This document shows, piece by piece, positions 43,299 to 52,509 of a stretch of 64,000 nucleotides of DNA. Origin of the DNA: Phycisphaerae bacterium (GTDB lineage Bacteria > Planctomycetota > Phycisphaerae > Phycisphaerales > UBA1924); the NCBI GenBank assembly GCA_046316615.1, contig JBKDAN010000049.1, positions 38,927-102,926 of the forward strand. The letters run 5' to 3'. The translations under genes were made by a program, and so were the position numbers. A model generated the notes under the pieces. That model worked only from the letters and a program-made list of their open reading frames with translations, was not told where the DNA came from and searched no databases. Positions within the stretch are counted from its first letter, which is position 1; each line of letters opens with the position of its first letter.

Positions 43299-44099
43299 GT
43301 GATCTGGTCGCTTGTCAGCGCGGTGTTTGTGACGAGCTTGCTGGGCAGCACGCACTGCGCCGGCATGTGCGGCGCATTTGTCGCATTTGCGGTGGTGGGT
43401 GAGCGTCAGACGCGTGGGCAGCTTGCTCAGTTGCACGCGGCGTACAACGTCGGACGGCTGGTGACATATGCGGCACTGGGCATGGCTGCGGGGGCAGTGG
43501 GCAGTGTGCTGGATACGGGCGGAGCGATCATCGGTGTGCAGCGGGTTGCGCTGGCGTTCGCTGGCGTGTGCATGATCGCCTTTGCGAGTGTTGCGCTGTT
43601 GCGGTTTGCGGGTGTGCGCGTGCCGAAGATGCCTGTGCCGAAGATCATGCAGCGAGTGCTGCTGGCTTCTCATCGGCGCATTGCGAGTTGGCCTGGTGTG
43701 GCGCGTGCCTTTGCGACGGGACTGCTCACGACACTGCTGCCTTGCGGCTGGTTGTACGCGTTTGTGCTTGTGGCGTCGGGCACGGGCGATCCGCTGGCGG
43801 GCTCGCTTGTCATGGCGGTGTTCTGGCTGGGCACGCTGCCCATGCTGGTTGCGGTGGGGGTTGGCGCGAGCTCGCTTGCGGGGCCGCTGAAGGCGCGGCT
43901 GCCGGTGTTGACGATGGTGCTGCTGCTGGTGTGTGGTGTGTTCGCTGTGTTCGGGCGGCTGGCGATGCCGACGCAAGCGCTGGTACACGCGACGAGCATG
44001 CAGCGAGAGTTGCCCCAGGGTGAAGCGGGATTGCACGGAGCGATGCAGCAACTGAGTGCACTGCAAAGCGCCGAAAGGCCGGTGTGCCATGGCAACTAA
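43299..44099 (+). CDS. DsbD_2/TauE-like integral membrane protein
   Basis: 'LLGSTHCAGMCGAFVAF' (Cys motif in TM1) and about 6 TM helices. It is inserted between ccoH and ccoI. Confidence 0.7.
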   Translation: MIWSLVSAVFVTSLLGSTHCAGMCGAFVAFAVVGERQTRGQLAQLHAAYNVGRLVTYAALGMAAGAVGSVLDTGGAIIGVQRVALAFAGVCMIAFASVALLRFAGVRVPKMPVPKIMQRVLLASHRRIASWPGVARAFATGLLTTLLPCGWLYAFVLVASGTGDPLAGSLVMAVFWLGTLPMLVAVGVGASSLAGPLKARLPVLTMVLLLVCGVFAVFGRLAMPTQALVHATSMQRELPQGEAGLHGAMQQLSALQSAERPVCHGN

Positions 44100-46605
44100 G
44101 TCTGATCGCGGTGCTGAACAGGGTGTTGCTCGCGCGGATGCGGGTCGCGTGCACGAGTGCGCGCATTGCACGCTGCCTGTGCCGGCGGGATTGGTCGAGC
44201 ATGATGCGGTGCACCAGTTCTGCTGCGAAGGGTGCAAGAGCGCGTATGAAGTCATTCACGGGTGCGGGCTTGACCGCTACTACGCGCTGCGCGAAGAAGC
44301 GCGGGCCAGCAACGGGCCCGTGCAGCGCTCGGGCCGGCGGTACAGCGAGTATGACGATGCGACGTTCCACGGGCTGTATGCGACGACGGTCGAGCCCGGC
44401 ATCTTGCGGTGTGAGCTGTTCCTCCAGAATGTGCATTGCGCCGCGTGCGTGTGGCTGGTGGAGCGGCTGCCTCAACTGGTAAAGGGCGTGCTCAGCGCGA
44501 CGCTGGACTTCCGTCGGGCGACATTGACGGTGACATGGGACACGCGGGTAGCGAAGCTGTCGCACATTGCGGGGGTGCTGGAGACGCTTGGATACCCGCC
44601 GCACCCGGCACGGGGTGTGAAGGCTCGGCAGGTGCGGCAGGCGGAAGATCGCAGCGCGCTGATGGAGCTGGCGATTGCGGGGGCAATCGGCAGCAACGTG
44701 ATGCTGATATTTGTAGCGTTGTATGCGGGCCTGTTCGACACGATGGACGCTGGCCATGTGCAGATGTTCCGCTGGGTGAGCATGGGGCTCAGTGTCATCA
44801 GCCTGCTGTGGCCTGGGCGGGTGTTCCTGCGCGGAGCGATTGCGGCGATTCGCATGCGGACGTTGCATCTGGACATTCCGATTGCGGCGGGACTGGCGGC
44901 GGGTGTGTTGTGGGGCGTCATCAACACGATTCGCGGCAGCGGTGACATCTACTTTGATTCGATCGCGGTGTTGATCTTCTTTCTGCTGGTGGGCCGGTTC
45001 ATTCAGCGGCGTCAGCAGCGGGCGGCAGCGGACAGTGTGGAGCTGCTGTTTACGTTGACTCCCAGCGTTGTGAGGAAAGTCGGGGATGATAACGCGGTGC
45101 GGGATGTGCCGATGGAGACGATTCGCGAGCGCGATGTAGTCGAGGTGCGCGCGGGGGATTGCGTGCCGGTTGATGGTGTGGTTGTGAGCGGCGTGTCGAC
45201 GATTGATAAGTCGCTGTTGACGGGTGAGTCGCGTGCGGTGGCGGTGGAGACAGGTGATGCGGTGCATGCGGGGACGGTGAATCTGTCGGGAGTGCTGCGC
45301 GTGCTGGTACATGGGACGGGCGAGGCGACGCGCGTGGGGCGGTTGATGCGGCTGGTGGAGGAAGGGGCGAGGTCGCGTGCGCCCATCATTCAGTTGACGG
45401 ATCGCTTGGCGGGTGCGTTCATTGCGGTGATGCTGGTGGTCGGCGCGATCACGGTGGCGCTGTGGTGGCGGATTGATCCGACGAAGGCTGTGGAGAACGC
45501 GGTTGCGCTGCTGGTGGTCACGTGTCCGTGCGGATTGGGACTGGCGACGCCGCTGGTGATGACGATGGCGATGGGTCGCGCGGCGCGGGAGGGCGTGCTG
45601 ATCAAGAACGCGGAGGCGTTGCAGCGGCTGGCGCAGCGTGGTGAGATTTTCCTGGACAAGACGGGCACGCTGACGCACGGGGCGACGCGGCTGGTGAAGT
45701 GGTGGGGCGATGAGAGCGTGATGCCGATGGTGGCGGCGATTGAGCGCGAGAGCAGTCACCACGTGGCGCGCGCGGTGTGCGACGGTCTTGCGGCGCGGTG
45801 TGATGGCGCGGATGTGCCGCAGGCTTCTCACGTGCGTGAAGTGACGGGCAGGGGCATTGAGGGGTACGTGCATGGGCGGCTTGTGCGGGTGTCGTCGCCT
45901 GCCAGCGTCGATGCTCGCGAACATGGAGCCAAGTACGCCGATGGCATGCAGGATGCGCGTAGTCAAGCGGCGAATCTGGGGCTGTCGGCAGTGCTCGTGG
46001 AAGTGGACGGGTTTGTGGTGGCGGTGCTTGGACTGGGTGACGAACTGCGCGAGGAGAGCCCGGCGATTGTGGCGCATCTGCGCGATGAAGGCTGGCGTGT
46101 GCGCGTGCTTTCGGGAGATGAGACGAGCATCGTGCAGCGTGTGGGCATGTCACTGGGGCTGAATCATCGGGATGCAACGGGCGGGGCGACGCCTGAGGAC
46201 AAGCTTGCTGCGGTTCGTGATAGCGCGCAGCGCATGGGAGACAAGCACGCGACGGTGATGGTGGGCGATGGTGTGAACGACGCGCCTGCGCTTGCGGCGG
46301 CGCACGTGGGCATCGCGGTCAAGGGCGGGGCTGAGGCGAGCCTCGCGGCGGCGGACATTTTCCTGGCGCGTGGCGGGCTGCGTGATGTGGCGCATCTGCT
46401 TGATGGGGCGCGCCGGACGATGCGTGCGATTCATCTGTGCATCGTCGTGAGTGTCTTGTACAACATTGTGGCGGCGGCGTTGTGCATTACCGGGTACATC
46501 TCGCCCCTGCTGGCGGCGATTATCATGCCCATGGCGAGTCTGAGCGTGCTGGCTATCGCGGTGCGTGCGGGCACGTTCGGCGTGCGGAAAGGAGCAGCGG
46601 TATGA
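44089..46605 (+). CDS. ccoI: Copper-translocating P1B-type ATPase CcoI/FixI
   Basis: N-terminal Cys-rich 'CAHC...CCEGC', 'CPC' in TM6 ('VVTCPCGLGLATP'), 'DKTGTLTHG' and 'GDGVNDAPALA'. Start at Met 44089, inside ORF 44056..46605. Confidence 0.92.
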   Translation: MATKSDRGAEQGVARADAGRVHECAHCTLPVPAGLVEHDAVHQFCCEGCKSAYEVIHGCGLDRYYALREEARASNGPVQRSGRRYSEYDDATFHGLYATTVEPGILRCELFLQNVHCAACVWLVERLPQLVKGVLSATLDFRRATLTVTWDTRVAKLSHIAGVLETLGYPPHPARGVKARQVRQAEDRSALMELAIAGAIGSNVMLIFVALYAGLFDTMDAGHVQMFRWVSMGLSVISLLWPGRVFLRGAIAAIRMRTLHLDIPIAAGLAAGVLWGVINTIRGSGDIYFDSIAVLIFFLLVGRFIQRRQQRAAADSVELLFTLTPSVVRKVGDDNAVRDVPMETIRERDVVEVRAGDCVPVDGVVVSGVSTIDKSLLTGESRAVAVETGDAVHAGTVNLSGVLRVLVHGTGEATRVGRLMRLVEEGARSRAPIIQLTDRLAGAFIAVMLVVGAITVALWWRIDPTKAVENAVALLVVTCPCGLGLATPLVMTMAMGRAAREGVLIKNAEALQRLAQRGEIFLDKTGTLTHGATRLVKWWGDESVMPMVAAIERESSHHVARAVCDGLAARCDGADVPQASHVREVTGRGIEGYVHGRLVRVSSPASVDAREHGAKYADGMQDARSQAANLGLSAVLVEVDGFVVAVLGLGDELREESPAIVAHLRDEGWRVRVLSGDETSIVQRVGMSLGLNHRDATGGATPEDKLAAVRDSAQRMGDKHATVMVGDGVNDAPALAAAHVGIAVKGGAEASLAAADIFLARGGLRDVAHLLDGARRTMRAIHLCIVVSVLYNIVAAALCITGYISPLLAAIIMPMASLSVLAIAVRAGTFGVRKGAAV

Positions 46606-46784
46606 GCGTGCTATTCATCGTGTTGCCTCTGGCCATTCTGATCGCGGGCGCGTTTGTCGCTGCGTTTGCGTGGGCTGCGAAGGCGGGGCAGTTTGACGAC
46701 TTGGATACGCCCGCCATGCGCGTGGCGATGGACGATGATGTGACAGCGCCGCCCAAGACAGAACGTGACGACTCTCGTGCATGA
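46602..46784 (+). CDS. ccoS: cbb3 oxidase maturation protein CcoS/FixS
   Basis: 'MSVLFIVLPLAILIAGAFVAAFAWAAKAGQFDDLDTPAMRV' is the CcoS signature. ATGA overlap with ccoI. Confidence 0.88.
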   Translation: MSVLFIVLPLAILIAGAFVAAFAWAAKAGQFDDLDTPAMRVAMDDDVTAPPKTERDDSRA

Positions 46785-46828
46785 GATGAGGGTTCTGTGA
46801 CCGCGTGGCGCGTGACCAAAAGCGCATG

Positions 46829-46860
46829 AAAAAACCGGTCGCAGATGCGACCGGTTTGTG
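46829..46860. terminator. Bidirectional intrinsic terminator between ccoS and rplI
   Basis: An A-run, stem aaccggtcgc / gcgaccggtt (10 bp, loop agat, 46833-46856), then tttgtg. Usable from both strands, between convergent genes. Confidence 0.75.
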
Positions 46861-46923
46861 TTCACGCTTCAGGCACTCATCACGCAAGCACTTGGTGCCT
46901 GCGTGCCCGTGTGCGTTTGTGCC

Positions 46924-47664
46924 TTACTTCTTCTTCTCACCCTTGGCAGGCTTCTCAGCCTTCTCGGCCTTGGGAGCATCGCCGTCAGCCTTGGCAGCCT
47001 TCTTGGGCTTGTCGGCCTTGGCTTCCGCAGCAGCTTCAGCAGCAACCTTCTTGTCGGTGCCCCAGCCACCCTTCTCAGCGGGCTTGTTGGCCGCTTCGAG
47101 CGCCATGCTGAGTGCATCGCGACGCTTGCCCTTGCCTTCGCCGCCGCCCGCGCCTTGTTCGGCGGGAGCATCGGAAGCGGACGCGCCGCCCACATCCTTG
47201 GGCAGTTCGCGATCGGGCTTGACGTGAACCTTGACGATGGAGTCCAGGTCCTTGGCGAGCTTGACGTGCACATCGATGTTCTCGATGCGCTTGATGGTCT
47301 GGCTCATGCGCACATCGCGGCCGGTGACCTTGAAGCCCTTGGCGACCAGAGCGCTGGCGATGTCCTGCTGGGTGACGGCGCCGTAGAGGATGCCCATGTC
47401 GTTGCACGAGCGGATGATGTCGACTTCGACGCCCTTGAGCTTCTCGCTCATGGCCTCGCGGTCCTTGCGCTGCGCGGCGACCAGCTTCTCAGCATCAGCG
47501 CGCTTGGTGGCGAGCTGCTTGACGAGCTCATCGCTGGGCTTGGTGGCAAGGCTGCGGGGCAGCAGAAAGTTGCGGGCGTAGCCAACGCGCACGTTGACAA
47601 CATCGCCGACGATGCCGACGTTTTCGACGTTTTCGATGAGCAAAAGGGAGACGTTCTTCGCCAT
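46924..47664 (-). CDS. rplI: 50S ribosomal protein L9 with a Lys/Ala/Gly-rich C-terminal extension
   Basis: 'MAKNVSLLLIENVENVGIVGDVVNVRVGYARNFLLPR' and a matching L9 C-domain. It is followed by about 95 extra residues ('...AAEAKADKPKKAAKADGDAPKAEKAEKPAKGEKKK'). Start at Met 47664, preceded by GGAGGA. Confidence 0.92.
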   Translation of the reverse strand: MAKNVSLLLIENVENVGIVGDVVNVRVGYARNFLLPRSLATKPSDELVKQLATKRADAEKLVAAQRKDREAMSEKLKGVEVDIIRSCNDMGILYGAVTQQDIASALVAKGFKVTGRDVRMSQTIKRIENIDVHVKLAKDLDSIVKVHVKPDRELPKDVGGASASDAPAEQGAGGGEGKGKRRDALSMALEAANKPAEKGGWGTDKKVAAEAAAEAKADKPKKAAKADGDAPKAEKAEKPAKGEKKK

Positions 47665-47849
47665 GACGCTGTCCTCCAACGATTCGGCCCGGCTGCTTGG
47701 CCGTCCAATAGGACGGGAGGAGCCGATCGTTCGTTGAGTTAGCAGCCTTTGCCCGCAACACGCGAGAAAAGCCGCAACCGGGTGGGTCGAGATGATAGGC
47801 GAAGGCGGGATCGCCGTCGAGTGCGATGGAGCTTGCGGTGTTTGGGTGG

Positions 47850-49307
47850 CTATCGGTACTCGAACAGATACCAGTTGCCGCGTAAATGGCGTAGCTCCAT
47901 GCCGCGTACGTATTGCAGGGAGATGTCGGGCTTGTGACGGAAGTACACGAGTGCGGGACGTTCGGTTTGTCCGACATCCGGTGTGCCGAGCCACACGATT
48001 GTGCCGGCAGAGTCGGTCGTCGGGCTTACGCGCCGGAGGCGGTACAGGCCCACGGCGCCGGGCATGAGTGCTGCGCGATCGGCTCGCTCGTTCAGTGCTG
48101 ATTCACTCAGACGAAAGCGCACGTGGAGAGGCAGACGCAAGGGCAGGACGGCAAGCGTCCCGCCGCCGATGCAGATGAGGACGATGAGCCATGCGCGTGC
48201 TCGTGTGCTCATGCGAGGTTGGTGGCGGAAGAACCCGAGCGCGAGTTTTATGGTGATGATGGACAAAGCGACGACGAGCGCGCGTGGCAGCCCGTCGGTG
48301 AGCAGCGGTATGCCGCCCGGGAGTGAGTGGGCCCACCAGCACGCGGCGCTTGCCAGAAGCACGAGTGTCGCGGCGAGCACGCTGCGCGGTCGCATGATTC
48401 GTCGCAGCAGCGAACGATGGGCGGCGTAGTACGCCGGATCAGCGGGTTCGTTGACGTCGCCCTCCTTTCGCCAGCCGCACTCGGTGCAGCCGCTTTGAAA
48501 GTCACCCAGCAGGTCATGCTTGCACTTGGGGCACTTGCCGGCCCGCATGTGCGCACCGGCAGTGAATCGGCGCACGAGCACGACGACAGCGATGATCGGA
48601 AGTGTGATGAGTTGTGAGAGGATGGTCAGCGCGACGGCAACACGCTCGAACGTCATGCCTTCGATGCCCGCAACATCGAAGTACCACTGGCGAGAGGACA
48701 GCAGTCGCATGGGTGTGACAGAGCGATCAAAGACCAGTTCGTAGTGGGGCAGGTGATCGTTGGAAACTTCGCCGCCGCTGTAGATCGCGATGAGCAGCTG
48801 TTCGCCATCGGTTGTTGTCGCTTCGATGGAAGTCACTTCCGTGCGACCTGTGAGGAGGTGGTCGTAGCCAGGTGACGAGTCTGGGACTACGACGCCGGCC
48901 TCTCTCATGAGCTGCGGAACAGGGCGGACGCGATCGTTGGACACCCTGGGCAGATCGCGATGCAGCAGGCCGCGGGCTTCGAGGGATTCTTCGATCCGGA
49001 CTTTGGGCAGGTAGTAGGGTTCGCGCACGTAGCTTGGATCTGCAGATCGAGGCAGCACACGTGGTGGCGTGTAGCCTTCATACGCAACAAGCTGGCCATC
49101 GTCTCCGACCGCCACTTCCGCGTACGCAGTGACGCGATCGATGCGATTGATCCGTTCATCCATCGCGCGGGGTGCAAAGAGATAGCCCCAGTAGGAGAGC
49201 GAAAACCAAGCGGCCCCTGCGATGGCGAGAGCGATGCTCACCGCGATGGCGAGCGCGACGCGATAGCGGAGTTTGCGATGCCATGGGCGCGCGGTGGCCA
49301 TGTACAC
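47850..49307 (-). CDS. Hypothetical polytopic membrane protein with an internal zinc ribbon
   Basis: N-terminal TM, a large soluble region, TM 'ITLPIIAVVVLV', then 'GKCPKCKHDLLGDFQSGCTECGW' and further C-terminal TM helices. Confidence 0.55.
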   Translation of the reverse strand: MYMATARPWHRKLRYRVALAIAVSIALAIAGAAWFSLSYWGYLFAPRAMDERINRIDRVTAYAEVAVGDDGQLVAYEGYTPPRVLPRSADPSYVREPYYLPKVRIEESLEARGLLHRDLPRVSNDRVRPVPQLMREAGVVVPDSSPGYDHLLTGRTEVTSIEATTTDGEQLLIAIYSGGEVSNDHLPHYELVFDRSVTPMRLLSSRQWYFDVAGIEGMTFERVAVALTILSQLITLPIIAVVVLVRRFTAGAHMRAGKCPKCKHDLLGDFQSGCTECGWRKEGDVNEPADPAYYAAHRSLLRRIMRPRSVLAATLVLLASAACWWAHSLPGGIPLLTDGLPRALVVALSIITIKLALGFFRHQPRMSTRARAWLIVLICIGGGTLAVLPLRLPLHVRFRLSESALNERADRAALMPGAVGLYRLRRVSPTTDSAGTIVWLGTPDVGQTERPALVYFRHKPDISLQYVRGMELRHLRGNWYLFEYR

Positions 49308-49516
49308 AGATTACCACATCGGAGAATTCGTGTCGTGCGGGCGTTATCAGGGCCGCTTTAGTGTCTCAAGCTTGCGGTTACCACCGCATGAGAGAATGAG
49401 GGTGAGCCTGATGCTGTAACGGTGAGGCGTGGTGAAAGGGAAAGAACCCGCGAGCAAGCTCGCGGGTTCTTGTGTTGCAGGCTCGTTGTAGAGTGATAAT
49501 GCGCTCGCGATGCGGA

Positions 49517-50890
49517 TCACACCATGACCATCGCCGCGCTGGTGACCAGGGCTTGACCCTGCTCGTCCATCGCGCCGCTGAAGTTCAGCAGTTCGATCTT
49601 CTCGGGGTTCACGATCTTCATCGTCGCGACGATGTTGCCCACGCTGCACCAGCGGGTGGGGTTGCCCTGCCAGCTCATGGCGGCGATCAGTTCGTCGGGC
49701 TTGGCGGCGACGATCATGTTGATCATGTCGCGGTCGCTGCGGAAGACGTTGTTGCGGTTCTGGGCGACTTCTTCGCCTTCGCCCGCAAGCTGCACGTTGT
49801 CGCCGAACGCCGGGCCGACGTGGCTCATGTCGGCACTGCTGACGATGAGCGTTTTGCCGGGCAGCGTCGCGATGGTTTCGCGCAGGGCTGTGACGAAGGT
49901 CTCGAAGGCCAGACCGTTGCCGTCGTAGCTTTCGCCGTTGTTCACGACCGGGTCATGCACGAGCACGCCGAAGATGCGGGGGAACTTGCCATTGGCGTCG
50001 CGACCGAACACGTGCTGGATCCACGGCACTTGCAGCTCGATGGAGTGCTCGCGCTCGTGGTCGAAGCGGTTGGCGAAGAGCTTGGTGGCGTTGTCATCGC
50101 CCAGCTTGCGGCGGAGCGTGTCGACGAGATCCTTGTCAAGCTCACAGGTGCCCAGCGGGCTCTCGTAGCCCTTGTCGCAGCCGCACACGCCGGTTGATTC
50201 ACCGAAGTGGTTGGTGCCCAGCACCACCACACGGTCGGGACGATCGACCACGCGCATGCGCCCGTAGACGCTGCCGTAGTTGATCCAGCCGCGCGGGTAG
50301 TCGAGGTGGGGCGCCATGATGGCCTTGGGCAGCGTGTCGAACGCGGGGTTGGGTACGTCCTTGAGGGCCATGTTCATCCACTCGTCGAGCATTTCGGCGA
50401 GTTTCTTGGCGCCCAGGGCATCGCGCTCCTCGAGCGGCATGGCGTTGAAGGCTTCCTGGCTGCCGGCGGCTTGCATGGCGAGGGCGTCGGCGACCTGGGC
50501 GGTGCCGCCCGGAGGCAGCACGTCCTGCGAATCAAACTCGGCGCGAACCTTGGCCATAAGGGCGTCGGCCGTGGGGCCGACGAGCAGGCCGGCGTCATCG
50601 AGCTGGGCGATGAGTTGCTTGAGAATGTCGAGCGTCAGTCCGCGACCGGCGGTCTTGACGATATCGTCGAGTCCGTGCTGGCCATCCATGACAGGCAGCA
50701 CAAACTGCGCCGCTGGGTGAGTGACCACGACTTTGGGCGAAATCTGCCGAGCATCGGCGATGCCCATGAGCGTGTTGCCTTGGATTTCCGCCGGGAAGAC
50801 GCGCACAGGACGCAGCTTGGGACGCTGCTGGTGCGTTGCGTTGGGGTTGAACGGCGGAACCGGATCGGGTACAGGATTGAAACTAGACAT
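49517..50890 (-). CDS. Memo-like protein (AmmeMemoRadiSam system protein B family) with an N-terminal extension
   Basis: 'IMAPHLDYPRG', 'VVVLGTNHFG', 'EHSIELQVPWIQHVF' and 'LIVSSADMSHVG' are Memo/AmrB blocks. They are preceded by about 150 residues that I cannot assign. Start at Met 50890 of ORF 49517..51319. Confidence 0.82.
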   Translation of the reverse strand: MSSFNPVPDPVPPFNPNATHQQRPKLRPVRVFPAEIQGNTLMGIADARQISPKVVVTHPAAQFVLPVMDGQHGLDDIVKTAGRGLTLDILKQLIAQLDDAGLLVGPTADALMAKVRAEFDSQDVLPPGGTAQVADALAMQAAGSQEAFNAMPLEERDALGAKKLAEMLDEWMNMALKDVPNPAFDTLPKAIMAPHLDYPRGWINYGSVYGRMRVVDRPDRVVVLGTNHFGESTGVCGCDKGYESPLGTCELDKDLVDTLRRKLGDDNATKLFANRFDHEREHSIELQVPWIQHVFGRDANGKFPRIFGVLVHDPVVNNGESYDGNGLAFETFVTALRETIATLPGKTLIVSSADMSHVGPAFGDNVQLAGEGEEVAQNRNNVFRSDRDMINMIVAAKPDELIAAMSWQGNPTRWCSVGNIVATMKIVNPEKIELLNFSGAMDEQGQALVTSAAMVMV

Positions 50891-51121
50891 GCTGCATCGT
50901 AGTGGTGCGAATGAACCCCGCCGCAATGACCACCCTGACATTTTCACAACAAACCGCCTTGCACAGACGTACACATTGTGGTACGCTTCGTCTGGCCCCG
51001 GCTGGTTCCTGGGCTTGGTTTTCCCTGTGGCGACCGTCGCCCAGGCCCAAGTCTCGCGCGTGATTTCGAGTTGAAATTGCACGCACATCGCAACTCCCGC
51101 CGGGCACACGGAGGATCCGTC

Positions 51122-51604
51122 ATGCCGAATCTGAACAAAGTCATGCTCATGGGCAACATCACGCGCGATATCGAGCTGCGCAGCCTGCCCAGCGGCCAGT
51201 CGATCGCCCAGATCGGGCTGGCCATCAACCGCTCGTGGACGTCGGCCGACGGCGAGAAGCGCGAAGAAGTGACCTGGGTCGACTGCGAAGCCTGGGGCAA
51301 GACCGCCGAGATCATGCACAAGTACCTCGCGAAGGGGCGCCCGGTGTACGTGGAAGGTCGCCTGAAGCTGGACCAGTGGGACGACAAGGAAAGCGGCCAG
51401 AAGCGCAGCAAGATGAAGGTTGTCGTTGAAGCCTTCCAGTTCATTGACAGCAAGGGTGGCGGCGGCGGTGGTGGTGGTGGCGGCGAAGAAGGCGGCTATG
51501 TGCAGACGCCATCACGGGCACCAGCTCGTGCGGCGAACAACCCGCGTCCGGCCGCTCCGCGTCAGCAGGCTGAAGAGATGAACCCGGATGACATTCCGTT
51601 CTGA
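51122..51604 (+). CDS. ssb: Single-stranded DNA-binding protein
   Basis: 'LNKVMLMGNITRDIELR...', 'VTWVDCEAWGKTAE', 'KGRPVYVEGRLKLDQW', a Gly run and the acidic tip 'DDIPF'. GGAGGA lies upstream of ATG 51122. Confidence 0.93.
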   Translation: MPNLNKVMLMGNITRDIELRSLPSGQSIAQIGLAINRSWTSADGEKREEVTWVDCEAWGKTAEIMHKYLAKGRPVYVEGRLKLDQWDDKESGQKRSKMKVVVEAFQFIDSKGGGGGGGGGGEEGGYVQTPSRAPARAANNPRPAAPRQQAEEMNPDDIPF

Positions 51605-51634
51605 GTCAGGTTGGTTCGTCTTTGAATCGCACCC

Positions 51635-51667
51635 AAAACGTGACGCTGAGCGTCACGTTTTTTGTTT
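51635..51667. terminator. Intrinsic terminator after ssb (bidirectional architecture)
   Basis: Stem aacgtgacg / cgtcacgtt (9 bp, loop ctgag, 51637-51659), followed by tttttgttt and preceded by caaaa. Confidence 0.78.
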
Positions 51668-51725
51668 GCTGACTCGCATGAGATGGTGAACTTTGCGAAG
51701 GACGTCCCCGCGGGACGGTGGCGAT

Positions 51726-52502
51726 TCAGAGACGCTCGCTTGCCGGGCGGCCAAAGACTTCGGCGAGCACGATGGCTTTGCGAAGCTGGTCGCGCGATTG
51801 CGGTTGGCCCATGAAGGTAACACTGCCACGGGATCTGGCGGCGGGGGCAGGACTGCGCGGGGCAATCGCACCGACTTTACCAAAGGCTTCTGCAGAGGTC
51901 GTAGGCGCTGTTTGTGCGTACGCCGCGATAGGCGCGGCCTCGGGAACGACCGATGCGGCCGAGGGTTGAGCGGGGCGGGCGGGCGTGCGAGCTTTCTTTT
52001 CGCGGCGGGCGCGCTGAGCTTGCGCCTGGGCTTGTGACTGCGGGACCGGTTGGGGTGCGGTCTGAGCCGAGGTATCGGATGTTTCGTCCGGCACTTCCAG
52101 CACGATACCGCCCGGAAGGCGGACTTGGCGTGTGCGGATGCCCGCGTTGCGGCCTGGCGCACCCATGGTGGTGGGCGCCGTTGAAATGGTGGGGGAGGGA
52201 TTCCTGCGAGCCGCAGCGGCACGCTGAGCGGCTTCCGCCTGGCGACGCCGTTCTTCCGCCGCTTGTTGTGCGCGTTGGTTCGCACTCGGTTCCGCCAAAG
52301 GGCGATTGACCGGTTCGAGCCGCCCGCCGGTGCGCAATGCATCAATCTCGGCCCGCTCGCGCTCAAGCTTGGCGAGGCGCTTCTGCCTGGCCTCGCTCAT
52401 GTTCTTAAGAACCTTGCCGATGGCGGGCGCAGCGAAAACCAAAACGAAGATAATGATCTGGAGATTGCTGCCGATCCACTGAAGAATGCTTGAGAAGCTC
52501 AT
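51726..52502 (-). CDS. Hypothetical membrane-anchored protein, low-complexity Ala/Gln/Pro/Arg-rich
   Basis: N-terminal TM 'IIIFVLVFAAPAIG', a charged coiled segment, a disordered middle and a conserved-looking C-terminal 'LRKAIVLAEVFGRP'. Confidence 0.5.
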   Translation of the reverse strand: MSFSSILQWIGSNLQIIIFVLVFAAPAIGKVLKNMSEARQKRLAKLERERAEIDALRTGGRLEPVNRPLAEPSANQRAQQAAEERRRQAEAAQRAAAARRNPSPTISTAPTTMGAPGRNAGIRTRQVRLPGGIVLEVPDETSDTSAQTAPQPVPQSQAQAQAQRARREKKARTPARPAQPSAASVVPEAAPIAAYAQTAPTTSAEAFGKVGAIAPRSPAPAARSRGSVTFMGQPQSRDQLRKAIVLAEVFGRPASERL

Positions 52503-52509
52503 GGGTCAC

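Noticed and set aside
37457-46077. Long minus-strand ORFs (37457-38974, 41158-42648, 43281-44255, 43810-46077) opposite the cco cluster
   Set aside because: The plus-strand genes are all confidently identified. The antisense products are His/Arg/Gln-rich low-complexity.
46858-47742. 294-aa plus-strand ORF opposite rplI
   Set aside because: rplI on the minus strand has a clear L9 signature and a good RBS. The antisense ORF mirrors the Lys/Ala-tail repeat.
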